NCBI RefSeq assembly: GCF_964355755.1
Contig: NC_092678.1
Location: 19,423,365-19,487,364, forward strand
Source: Antedon mediterranea
Lineage: Eukaryota > Animalia > Echinodermata
DNA: 64,000 nt
Reading direction: 5' to 3'
In this document: positions 38,336-51,259 of the stretch, one piece after another
How positions within the stretch are numbered: the first letter of the stretch is position 1
Layout of the letters: the number at the start of each line of letters is the position of its first letter
Translations under genes and position numbers: made by a program
The notes under the pieces: generated by a model
What the model was told of the DNA's origin: nothing
Seen by the model: the letters and a program-made list of their open reading frames with translations, nothing else
Database searches by the model: none

Positions 38336-38985
38336 TAACGGCTCTATTATGCCTATCATGGTGGAATGGGTCTATCTTGTTCAGTATTCCAGTTCCGGTT
38401 ATCTCTCATAGTAAACACTAAAACATGCCCGCGAAAGTTTTTCAGTAGACAATGCACACATAAGGACTTGTATTAAAAGTTGAAAAACTGGTTAAACTTA
38501 ACTTAAATAAATGCAACGAAATAACAACTGGTATAGAATGTTCAACTGGTACTTCCATCACACCGTGATTTCTATGCAAATGCGCGATAACAATGCGTCG
38601 TGATTACTTATGCTTAATTAAAGTATAGTGTTATGATTTCTAATCAAAAAATATTATGTTTTGTCATTACTTTTCTATTTTCTATAATTATTAAAAACAA
38701 TATTTGATTAATTGAAAATCAAAGTATTCATTTTTATTTAAAACTTACCTCGCAAATGTACTGTTATTGAAATTAATTAATAATTAGTTTGAACCACAAT
38801 AATAGTAGTTTCAGGCAGTAGCTTTAAAAAATAAGATTCAGAAAAGTATATTTTTGTAGCTTACCGGTAATAGGTATTTTAGAATCAAAATGTAAACTTT
38901 GGTCCAACCAAGACATTCCATCAAGTTTGCCTTCTAATTGGCATTGTGTAATATTATCTATAATATTTATAATTTAATCGACTAA

Positions 38986-39123
38986 AGCTCTGTCTACACT
39001 ATCAAACTATTTGACAACAAAGTTGGATATGGTAGCGATATATGACCAGTTAAGGTAGTGATATACATCATCATGTCCATACATTTTTGTTGTCACATAA
39101 AGTTTGATATTGTAGACAGATAT
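38986..39123. mobile_element. Harbinger-like MITE (AGCTCTGTCTACACTATC family)
   Basis: Family TIRs at both ends. Confidence 0.7.
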
Positions 39124-41003
39124 TTCTTTTTACAAACGATGAATGTCTTCACAGAGTCATAAGTTTTGTATAATTATACACTTGTATCATTATTAAGCCC
39201 ATGGGGTTGTTAGCAGAACTTGTATTTTGCAATATTGAAATAAATAAACATATGAATTATTGCATTTATTTGAATACCAGTCGTGTATTATTTTCTGAGT
39301 GATTATTAATATCATCATCATGATCATCAATCCCCTTTTACTGTGCAACAATAGCGAAAGAAAAGGGAAAATACAATAATTAAAATACTTACTGGTTGTC
39401 AGCTGTTATATTTAAGCCTAAATAATAATATAAATGACAAAAACAAATTCAAGAAAAGTATTTATAAAGTTATAAAATACAGTTATAAAGGTTTTTTAAT
39501 ATATTATTTTTCTTCTTTCACATGACCGCAGTCCAGTGAGTTTACTTATCTATTATTAATTCTTTATTTTGAAAATAATTATTCTTGATTTAATAAGAAA
39601 ATAATGTTATAATTGTTACAAATTCACTCTCTTTTCTATTTTTTCTCTTATGTCCGAAAGTTGATCACAAAATGGTTCTTAAAAAACATAGTTATTTGGA
39701 ATCGATCTGTCTTTTGGCGTCGTAGAGTTCATGAAACCTTTTCTACGTCAGGATCATCGTGTTAAGTGTAGTTTTCACCTGTTATTGTACAGCTTCATTC
39801 ATCCATAATTGTTACTATTTCTGTGGTCGATTTCTTTTACTTTAGCAACGTATTCACACTGTTGATCGTATCTCTAGGAAAACAAAGGACTATATAGCAA
39901 CGGTGTTGTAGCAACGGAACTGTTACAACTCGATTATGACAATAGGCTTAAGAAATGAATTGTCTCCCCTGTGTTCCTTTTCACAAAGCTAGCTTGCCAG
40001 GGTTCTCCCAATCAATTAACTGAAACAAATTGAGTAGTTGCCTCGACTACAATACAATACAATACGACCTCCAAGTAGGGTGTAACGTAGGTTTGCTAGG
40101 CCTACTATATTTTTTGGCGGGGTTATTTGCTCTGATATTGCTATAAGGCAAAACTAAAAATTGGCATAATGGTGTTTGTATTATCTGTTAGACAAGTCAT
40201 CTGTTTAAATTTTAATTTTTTTGTCGCGCACCTTGATCTTGAGGCATTTTAGGCTGCGCGCGCATGCGTGTCACTCGATTAGTAAACTATTATTAATGAA
40301 TCGGAGAATACTTCATTTGGTGGTCAGTCCAGTTATTCAATCAACATATTCAATCAACATGGGCCTATTACATTTTTTTCACAGAGTATACGAATTTCAG
40401 AATATTAGTAGGATTCAAAATAATAATGAAAACATCGTAGGCCTATCATCCATTTGTTTTACCCTATTTTTATGGAACATTTCGAAAAGCAAATTTCAAT
40501 AATTTATATGAACTTGTTTCAAAATTAGGCCAGTATAACTTTAGCAATTCCGATATTTAGTTTTTTTTGAAGAAAAACAAATTATTAATATAGATTTTCT
40601 GTTTTGAAAACACTTTCTCAGCTTCCGGCAACGTGGAAGTGGATTCAGTATACCATTTTCGTCAAGAAAGTTTACCACACATTTTGGTAACACCAACAGA
40701 AATGATTCGATTTGTTGTTTATCCAGCCGTTCTGTCATTTGCATGCTGTGGTTCAATTTAAAACTATACAGAGGACTAATTATCGCATTGTGTAGGCCTA
40801 TATAGAATACATTCTCACATTCACGGCTTCTTTTTAGTGTTACACACACGAGAAAAATAGAAAAATAAAACATAATTAGAACAGAATAATTTATTTTATA
40901 CAAACATAACCCATAGAAATGAAGACAAATTATAATGCTAATACGTGCAACATAGACATATTATACTTTTTAAAAGAAAATAATGTAATAATGTAAAGTG
41001 AGT

Positions 41004-41290
41004 GAGTTAGTGGCCGAGCGGTTAAGACAGTGGAACCGTAATTACCTAGCCATAACATCGGCAGGGGTTCGAGGCTCACTCACTTCATGGTTCTGGTGGT
41101 AAGGACGAGTCTTCTCGGATAAGGACTATAAACCGTAGGTCCACTGTACACATCTAGCTCGTGTGCACTTTAAAAGAACCTAGTACATCTTTCGAGACAA
41201 GTAGGGGGTTACCCTGGTGTATTAGTACATCACAGCCACTGATCACCAAGAGGTTACCCAGTATAAATATATATTTCAATTCAATTCAAT
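41004..41290 (+). mobile_element. tRNA-derived SINE with V/Meta-type central domain
   Basis: A-box TGGCCGAGCGG, B-box GGTTCGAGGC, domain GGATAAGGACTATAAACCGTAGGTCC...AGTAGGGGGTTACCCTGGTGT, (TTCAA)n tail. Confidence 0.75.
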
Positions 41291-42030
41291 AATTGTTCGA
41301 AATACACAATTGATTTCTGGATATAGAGAAGTTTGCAATAAAAAACCAAAGCAGATATAAAAAAAAAAAAAAAGTTAAGCTACTATATTACAAGCACATT
41401 TGCATTTTATTAACTTAACAAAACACTAAGTTTCTATTTTGGAGGTAGTTAATACTAGGAAATGCTTTAGAAATGAGACGCTGTCAGAAATGGAATACAA
41501 TATATAGGCTAATGGTGTACTAATCGTCTGTTAGCTAATTTATTTGTAGGCCTATTCACAACGCAATTTTATACAAGGATTTTCTTTTTCGTTTAGGCTG
41601 CTATTGAATATTGCCCATATCACATCAGCTTAATGAAGATTTGAAATCATGGTGCAGTGAATAGTAAGTTTACTTTATTTTATAATTAATTATTTTAAAA
41701 ATATTGTTTATTTTTTACCTTTACAATGATTTATTTAGCAAGCTGTTTTGAGTAATTATACATATTGTTTATTATATTGACTTATAATCATCAAACTCAA
41801 ATAATACATTATTGTTGTAAAAAGGGCACTGCAGTAACTGCAGTAAAATAATTTTGACATGGTCCATTGTATAATACGTTCTAGTTTATCAAAACAAGTT
41901 CATTTGTCTAAATATGTGTGTATAATTGTCTATTGGAAAACTTGACTGGGCAGGCAAGTATACAGCTTCGAATAATGTACAGAGAAATCTGGAAACGGTG
42001 AAAGACTGGGTGGAAGCGTATTTAGCGCTA

Positions 42031-43003
42031 TCAAGCTTTCGTAACCCGTATATCGCTGAAACATCTCCCGCACGCCTCGAAGCACGGATCGCAACATGTC
42101 CTCACACAAGCTCCATAGATGATCTTGATAGACTTCAACCAGACCATGTACATACTAATGCATGGAGTGATGACCCAGATGTGAAGAAATGAGAGGTAGG
42201 CAAACTCACATCCCCAGAAGAAGGCATAAGGAACTCCGTAACAAAGTGCCAATAAGGTGTAGGAGATGTCTCTTGCGCATGTAAAACATGTGTGAGCTAA
42301 CTTCCATACACACTGCGGACTATGGACACCATCGGGTTCAGCAATTACGTCTTCAAATCCAACCTAGTAAGAAATAGATAATAGAATAACTGATACTGAA
42401 GAAGCTAATAATAACATAGCCATTTGTTTTTATTTACGAAAATCTCAATACCGTAAATAATTACATTATTATCGAATATGATTAATTCAGTTGACATGAT
42501 CAAATTCATATTAATGTTAAGGTAATTTGCCGACCACACACAGAATTGACCTAAATTACGCCCTAAAATATATAAGCGTTGACTATAACATAACAACCTC
42601 TGTTAAGCCAGTTTTAATCTGTGCGTACATTCGCAATTGATATAAGCTTCAATACGTTTCATTACGTAATATTAATTTTTTTTCCGATAAATATTCATGA
42701 CTTTATTTTCACTTTTTCTAACTAAAGTATTTTTGCACGAACACTGTCACTATACGAAACAGATTATTAACGAGGCAATAATATTCATTAAAACATAGCA
42801 TCTATATAAACAATACAAAAGTACTGACAGTCAAAGACAACTTGTTGCTAGGCAGTTTTATGTTTATCTTATTTTTTAGACTAAATGCAACACCATAGCA
42901 ACAAAAACTTTGTAATAAAACTACTAAAACTACAACTTACCTGGACATGAGCGTTTATACTGCTTGGGTCTCTGTTTTGCATGTCAATCTCTCCTGGATC
43001 CAT
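42031..43003 (-). CDS. Caveolin paralog C (131 aa, 2 exons, inverted)
   Basis: Exons 42941-43003 (MDPGEIDMQNRDPSSINAHVQ) and 42031-42363 with FEDVIAEP. Confidence 0.95.
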
Positions 43004-44051
43004 TGCGAATGTTTTATTTTATGTTATAAGATAAAATTAATTAAATAATTCGTCGGAGCTAAGTTGATTCTGCTTTCGATGTTACAATGTTCAGTGTCGC
43101 ATGTGTTTCTATAATCACCTGGCGTCCCTCGTAACTAGACTACGTTGGCGGTGAAATAAAAATCGATGGAACATTCCATTATTTTCAAGTAATTACAACT
43201 CAGAATTGAATTACTCTCGAACGCTGATTAGACTTAGTTCAAACAATGCGCTATTGTTTTTATTGATACTACAATTGGCTGCACTTCAAATTTTACTATT
43301 GACTTTTTACTATCAAAACTACTATGAAAATAGATCAATTTTTCCAAGCTCTGTTAACATTTCAAAACAATAGTTTTAAAAATAATCGAACATACCCAAA
43401 AGGTAAAATATCTCACAAATCCATAGTTCCGTTATTTTGTTACCAAGGTGAACTCTATTTATGTCAAAATAAACCAGTATTCAATCAGTTATATTATTTT
43501 GTTCATCTATCCAATCTTATTTAAATTATTAATGCATGAAATTGTCAAAAAAGAAATGAATAATATTTAAATTTTAAGCGAATATGATTTGTAGACATTT
43601 GAAGATGTGTTTGTATAATAATATACATATAGCAAAAATTCTACCAAAAACGCAAAAAACACGCTTATAAATGGGACACTTTCCTGTGAAACGAACTACA
43701 ACAATTATTTATAGACCTGCACTACAGCCAACCCTATTTAGATACACCCTGTGCAGGGACACCCTATTACGAAAGCAAAAGCAAAAGGACACTTGTGTAT
43801 ATTAGGCCTAGAATGTTGTTCAGTTACTGGCGACTAGTTAGCTATAGTTACTAGCTAGTTACTAGTTAGTTACCGTACTAACTATAGTTCCAAAAGTAGT
43901 GTGCCATACCAAAGGAGTGCCATTAATAGGGCTTTACTAGACTGTATTAATTACATTTTACTACGAGAAGTTTATTTACTAGGTCTATATTAATAAGTTT
44001 TCTCCTGTTCAACAAGTCTGAAAAATAAAAATCCGATGAATACAGTTCTTA

Positions 44052-44173
44052 AGCTCTGTCTACACTATCAAACTAGTTTGTTACCCAAATGTGGCAGGGA
44101 TATGACATCATCATGTCCATATATGGGCACATCACATTTTTGTCACATAAAGTTTGATAGTGTGGACAGAGCT
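44052..44173. mobile_element. Harbinger-like MITE, complete, TTA TSD
   Basis: TTA|AGCTCTGTCTACACTATCAAACT...AGTTTGATAGTGTGGACAGAGCT|TTA. Confidence 0.85.
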
Positions 44174-45794
44174 TTAAAAGAGCATGGACTAATAGTATGT
44201 GAGTGTTTGACGGTTTTCGGATAAAAAAAAGGTTGATGATCATTAACGATTGTGTATTTGCTGTTTTTTAAAATCCCCAGTATCTGTAGTATAATTCAGA
44301 ACTGTTATTAGTTATTATCTGTTTAATTTCCATGACTACTATTTTCAATCGATGTTACACTACGCTAATCCTATTATTAACGCTAACAATATACCCATTC
44401 ATTCTTAATATCTATCGTTGTAACAAATTCTTATTGAATATCACAACTCCCCAATTTACGGGTTATGTAAGCAAAATTGTAAAAGATTTGAGCACTGTTT
44501 TTAACATAAAAAACTATGTAAAAGAGTTATGATGTCATCTTTGTATCTAGGACACAGAGGTAATTAATCGACAGTTGCCATGGTGATAAATCGTTAAGTA
44601 AGGCAATGCTAAAAATATCTCACCTTGTGCAATCATTATTACACCTATACGTTTTTAACTAAAACACGGTTTTATATTTAACACAAATACAAACAATTCT
44701 TTTGGAAAATAAAATATTCTTTCATTTTAAAATCAACTATGCCAAACTAGTAATACATATAAAATGTGATGTGCCCATATATAGACATGATGATGTCATA
44801 TCACTACCATATTTAAGCATAGCACTACCATATATGGGCACATCAAACTTTTTTGACACATAAAGTTTGATAGTGTAGACAAGGCTTAACACAATCGCTA
44901 GTGTTTTCTTTATGCTGGTGTCAACAAAAAGTAATGTCCACACTTATGAGTTCGCTTCTTAGGTCATGTTATTTGGGACAGAGGTGGATTTCAAAATTCT
45001 AAAAAATAATTCTAAATATAATACATGTTTAACCACGGAACCTAGAAAAATAGAAATTTAATGTAGAAAATAGAAAAAAAAAATGAAAATAATTAAATAT
45101 TTGTTAATTTTTTGAAATTTTACAATACACCACATTCTAAACCAAGCATAAGAAAAATTAGAAATAAGGCCAATTTAAGAAATGTGCGTTAAGAAAATGT
45201 ATGGTATATTTAGATTTACTAAGGTAACTAGTTAGGCCTAGTCTACTTAAAACAGTAGGACCTACTAGTAAGCCTAAGTATTAACTGCTATAACACTACG
45301 TATATGATGAGTACTTTTTTTCTGGTTCTAAAGAATTTGTTCACTACTTTACTAAATTTTCGGTCTGCTAATCCTATTGTCATTTGTGGAACAAAATAAA
45401 ACTGTTAAGTACGTAGTTATCGTGAGTCCTAGAGATAAGAGAAAACAGCATGCGCGTTGCTAAAACAAACACTACAAAAATATTTCGATCCAACATTTTA
45501 TTTTTAGTTTTACACAATTATTAAATTAAAATTATAAGATTATTCATCATCAATCTACACACATTTTTAGAATAATTTGATTATTATTAATACCATGTAT
45601 ATATATAATTTAAATTACGAGGACTATAATTCATATTAGTGGAATTCACAACTCACCTTCTACAAAATGGAATCGTCCGTTTTCAGCTTTTTTGCAAGTT
45701 CTACCTTCAAGAATGAAACAGTGTGAATCTGGCAATACTTGGTAAAAGCAGGCATTGATTTTGAATTTATATTTTACACAAATAAATAGCTAAG

Positions 45795-47146
45795 ATGGAT
45801 CCAGCCCCGCTTGATATGTGTAACAGAGATCCTAGTTCAATTAACGCCCATGTACAGGTATGTGTATCTTTATTATTATTATCATCATACCTATGTGAAC
45901 TTTTATTTCTTATGAAAATGTTTCACCTCCATGGTTGGAACACCATCACATTAATTGATAGATATAAGTCAATCTTTTTCTTGGTAATCTTCACCAACAA
46001 CGAAGCCTAGGCTCATAGTATATAGCATGATTTCTGATATAATCTCGTATTGGAGACTTTTTAAAAGATGATTGAAATTCGTCAACAAACAGTAATACAA
46101 TAAAGAAAACGTATCTTTGTAAATAGGAATAGGCATGACTTATGGGCTAGATATACTACTAGAAGCCTAGAGCTTAAGTAGACCCACAGTAGGCCTATCA
46201 TTTATACGCTGGAATTGGCTTTTGTTGGTCTAATTAGTAATTAGCATTATCCAGTTGAGGATTGCATTAACAATCATATCTCCTGTTCAGTTTCTAAAGC
46301 TCTGTCTACACATGGAGAAATCCTAACTTATTTCTTCATGGTCTACACTATCAAACTTTATGTGACAACAAAATGTGATGTGCCCATACGGACATGATGA
46401 TGTCATATCACTTACCATTAAGCATATCACTACCACACTTTTTTTGTTAACTAGTTCGATAGTGTAGACAGAGTTTAGACTATAGAATCTGCTCTAACAC
46501 AAAATCTAGTACTGATAACCATGCTAAATTATCCACATAAATGCTATTATTTACTTATTATTAAATTCACTATTGTAATTAATTATAACTTTAGAGGCGG
46601 GCCAATATGTAATTGTATTCTTATACATTGAAAGTTCGAAAAACGAAACTTATTTTGTTGTTTTTTTGTTGGTATAGAACTATACGAGTTATCTTCAGCC
46701 TCTCTGACTTCCGTCATTTTACAGGGATGTTGATGAAGAAATTCAAGTGAAATGTTTGTGAATATAAAAATAGTGTTTTAATCGTAAAATTATTATTGTT
46801 TTCTTGTTGTTAGGTTGGATTTGAAGACGTAATTGCTGAACCCGATGGTGTCCACAGTCCACAGTGTGTATGGAAGCTAGCTAATAAGTGCTTTACCTGC
46901 TCCAGAGACATCGCCTACACCTTATTCGCACTTTGTTACGGAGTTCCTTATGCCTTTTTCTGGGGATGCGAGTTTGCCTACCTCTCGTTTCTTCACATCT
47001 GGGTCATCACTCCTTGCATCAGTATGTACATGGTCTGGTTGAAGTCTATCAAGATCATCTATGGAGCTTGTGTGAGGACATGTTGCGATCCGTGCTTCGA
47101 GGCGTGTGGGAGGATCTTAAGTGACATAAGGGTGACCAACGCCTAG
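45795..47146 (+). CDS. Caveolin paralog D (131 aa, 2 exons)
   Basis: Exons 45795-45857 (MDPAPLDMCNRDPSSINAHVQ) and 46814-47146 with FEDVIAEP, ending ...GRILSDIRVTNA*. Confidence 0.95.
46298..46475. mobile_element. Harbinger-like MITE interrupted by a 30-bp CA...TG insertion (46311-46340) with 7-bp TSD
   Basis: AGCTCT-GTCTACA|CATGGAGAAATCCTAACTTATTTCTTCATG|GTCTACA-CTATCAAACT; other MITE copies have a single GTCTACA. Confidence 0.85.
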
Positions 47147-48808
47147 CATACTTTACAGCAGCTGAAGAAAAACATGATTCTGCGCTGAAGAAACAAAACG
47201 ACTGTTTCTGTAAACTAAGATCGTGTTTACACATCACAAATTGAAGTCTGAGTGACTTGCTGCAAACTTTACCAAATATATAATATTGTTTTCAAATATA
47301 CACACTACAATTGCATTCATATTTGAACCTTTTACTAGAATGATTATTTTCTGAAGACAAATACCTGTCAACGCAAACTCACAGACCAATCCATATAGAA
47401 TTTTTAACGGAAAAAGACAAATAACTTTTTGCATGTCTTAGGTTTAATCTTCTTTAATACTGGCAAAATATTGGGGTTTTAAAAATAAATATTTGTTGGT
47501 GTTTTTGTATGGTTCTAAAAGCTGGCCTAGTTTTATAATTAGTGTAATTAAATGATGTCACTGTTTTGAATCGACAAATGGCGTGCGTTTGCTATGTATT
47601 TATGTTGCTGTATCCTGAGAAGATCGTACCATTTTATGAATAAATTTTGCATAAAATCTATTTCAATTTGACATTATTTTGTGGTTTTGTTTTACAACTT
47701 CATAAATTTCAAAATAATATGGAAAGTTTCATCTATAAAACAATGTGTAAACAATTAAATTACATTCAACTTTTAAACAATACCGATGATGTAATAGTAC
47801 ATACAGTACAACCATCGCCTCGCGTGTTATAGGCCTACTCGTGTTACATTCGAGGATCAGCTAATTGTTACGTGCTGAATCATGGTTCTAGACCTCGGGT
47901 TTCACTAACAATGTTTGTCACCCTCTTACCACGTAGCACATCAGGATGAAATATAATATTTCAATAAAATATCTAAAAATATAAATACAAAATTTAAAAT
48001 GTCTTCATAAAAAAATATAGTTCATCATTCATAACCTTCAATCTAAACTGCGCATGACGCAACATTCCCGACAATGAGCGAACAGACTACACCGTGTGGT
48101 GGCGTTGTCTATATGACCAGAATCAAAGAATATGCCAGAATACAGAGCCTAAAGAGTCAGAATACCACTAGTTTTGACAAATAAAGATATTCTATATCAC
48201 TATCGTTGTTATATCCTTTACAACAGAGGAAGAATACTAGGCCCTATATTGTTTTCCATTTTAACTTTATTGATCAATCAATACTTATATTAATTCCTCT
48301 AATAACTAATATGAATTAAATAATGTACAGTATGGTTTATTTAAATAAAATTAATCTAGGCCTAGTCAATGGATAATTGTATCCCATCGTCATTAAACAA
48401 TGTAGGCATGTATGGCAGTAAACATGTTGAAGTTTTATTCCATATTGAATAAATCGCCCTCTTCCTTTAACTCCACATCAGTTATGTTCACTCAGCCATG
48501 TCAAACCGCTTCGACTCGATCATGCCACCGTGCCATAGTTGCCATTTCTGGCATTATTATGCTTTTTGGCATTATTTGGAGGCCCACGGCATCTGGCATA
48601 ATGCCGCGGCATTATTTAGCCGTTTTTAGCATAATCTGGCATAATTTTGTGTTTTTTGAACAACCAAAAAAATAATATACCACATAACAAAAATAAAATA
48701 TTTTGTTAATAGGCCTACATATCACCTTACACAATATCATATCATACAAAACAGATCTGTTCGGGTTTTCCGTACAATAGTTCTTCCATCCTTTTGTTTC
48801 GGACTTAA

Positions 48809-51004
48809 GGCTGGTTTCCTGTCGACGTAAGAAGTCGAATTTTGCAACGATTCTTGCGTTTCATACGTTTCTTACGTCTCTTACGAAAGTTGAGAAAAAA
48901 TTGACGTCGTTGACGTTAGTCAAGATCGTGTCGGGCCGCAGAGAAACATCTGTAGTTATGCTGCTCCCGAAAGTTGAAATTTTGGCTGTGAAACACACGT
49001 CGTATGCTTACGTCGATTTTAGTGTTGTTACGAAAGTTGAACTTTTTTTCTTACGTCGGTCGGATTTATGACGTATTTGAAACAACATCTCTGATTGGTG
49101 TTTCTTTTTAGAGCGGGTTTTATCATTTTTCGCGCAAAATGTTGAATGTTGTTATTGTAGCCTACCTGTCAGTGCAGCACACCAACATGTTATTTTCAGT
49201 AGATAAGCTAGGCCATACTTAATTAATACTGTACGGTACCGTACTAATAGGAATTGATTTGACCAAATAATCAAACTAGCCTAGGCTAGTAGGTCTATGT
49301 ATTATTTGTATGAATCAAAATATGAATTAATTATCCTGGCCCTCTAGGCCTAGCCTTAAATAGTTTTCAAAATTAAAAAAAGGCAAATCATTTCGAGATT
49401 CCTATTATTATTAGACCTACCTAGGCCCTAGACTAGGCATTGGCCTATTGGCCTATAAGCATATCTAATCGAGCATGAGATAGTACTACCGCAGTAAGAT
49501 ACCCATTATTTACAGGCCTATAATCTATATATAAATTTACGTAAGGGAAAAATTCGGTAAATCGCGCTTTACTTCTAGAATTTTTACTCGATGGTATATA
49601 AAGTTGGTTCGTACTTTCGGTACTGATTTTAACCACCTGATGTAACCCTGTTTACTAATTAAATTAAGTTAGATAATTAGTTATAAAACGAATTTAGGTT
49701 CAACGATTTGCCCCAAATAGGGGTGTTTTCCGATCGTGGTATACACTGTCTAATAATGGATGTCCATCTGGAAAAATACCCGCCACAAAAATGCGAGGAG
49801 GCTTCGCATTTTCCTATCTCCTCCTACGATAATTGTTTTTAATAGCTGAAAACCGGTTGAACAGCTAGAGTACAGCATCATAATGTTGAAGACAGGCCGA
49901 TTTTCTTTAAAAAATACTATTTTGATTTAATATACGATTATACAAATGTATTGATTTGCGATGAATGGAACATCCCAATCTCTCAGTCTGCCAGAGTTTG
50001 GTTTAACACAAGTAGGTAAATTTATGAGCCCTTGGTTTAACACATAGGGCCTACGGTAGGTAAATATATGGGCCCTTTGAGAATAAACTTGAACAATACT
50101 GTAAATACCTATTATAATTACCTATTTTTGGTCCTCATTTGAATCGAACATTTCTTACTGTGAATGTTCGTACTGTTAGATGTAATATAAAAATATATAC
50201 AAATAAACTTATTACTGAGATTGTGGATAGGCTCTACTGTTAGATATATAAACACATTATTATATACAAATAAACTATACTGACAGTTCCTTCTCAACGT
50301 TTGTATTAATTAATAATTACCAAAAATATAAACGTCGTAGTGGTGTATCGTGACTATATTTCAATCGATTATGACAGTGACAGTTTTAACAAAGTATTAA
50401 ATCGCAAATGTTTTACTGTATATATTTAGAGGTATATTATTTATAGGCCTATAAAACATGAAAAAAATATTTCGTTACTGAGTGCATAAAGAATATATTT
50501 AAAAATTGTTCCTCTTTGCACCTATCCGCTTTCCCATCCCTCAACCCTAAAACTCCCTGATTAGAACATGATTAGGCTAAAATTATAGTAGTAAATACAT
50601 ACAAATGTTATTGTCCGGCTTTATTTCACTATAAGGACATACACATTACGTCATAACTCTTGTCGCTCATTGGTTGCTTGTTACGATTGCGCTTACGTCT
50701 CTTGCGAAAGTTGACTTCAAGTCAACTTTCGTAAGAGACGTAAGAAACGTGACGCAAGGGCGTTCATTCAAGCGTAAGATAAAAAATCCCGGTTTCCTGT
50801 AAAATCGGAAGAAAACGTCGTAACGCAACAATTGTTAGGTCATCGGTTTCCTGTAAAATCGTTTGTCGTTACCATTTTTCTTACGTTGCGTCGATTTTAT
50901 AAATTTTCGATCGTAATCGGTTTCCTGTAAAATCCGCATTTCTTACGACAAATCGACGTAGTCGCAACAAAAGTGATATCGACTCTTCGGATAGGAAGGC
51001 TGCT
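48809..51004. mobile_element. Nested element with CpG-rich subterminal repeats (possibly Harbinger-like)
   Basis: Starts TAA|GGCTGGTTTCCTGTC; repeated CGAAAGTTGA and GGTTTCCTGTAAAATC motifs; 48855-48893 is inverted at 50721-50757; right TIR diverged. Confidence 0.55.
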
Positions 51005-51259
51005 CAAAAACTACCGTGTGTGCGATATAGGCAGCACAACAAATCCGAAGAGGCTAGCTATTGGCCAATTATGTTGCTCTATTTCAGAGACCATGCAGGT
51101 TATTGGATCCTCAGATATAGAGACAATTGAACGAAAACATTATGAAAGGGGTTTTGTTTTTTCAGTTCATTATAAGCGGCCACACCCCTACCCCAACCCT
51201 TAAAATGGCAATTTCCGGTAACTAGAAGCTCTAATTTTAAAAAGAATTTCTTCTAGAGA

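Noticed and set aside
40221-40903. 93 and 120 aa ORFs between caveolins B and C
   Set aside because: AT-rich composition with no domain signal.
41004-41085. Possible tRNA gene
   Set aside because: A and B boxes are present but there is no proper cloverleaf; it continues into a SINE body and tail. The same applies at 29609.
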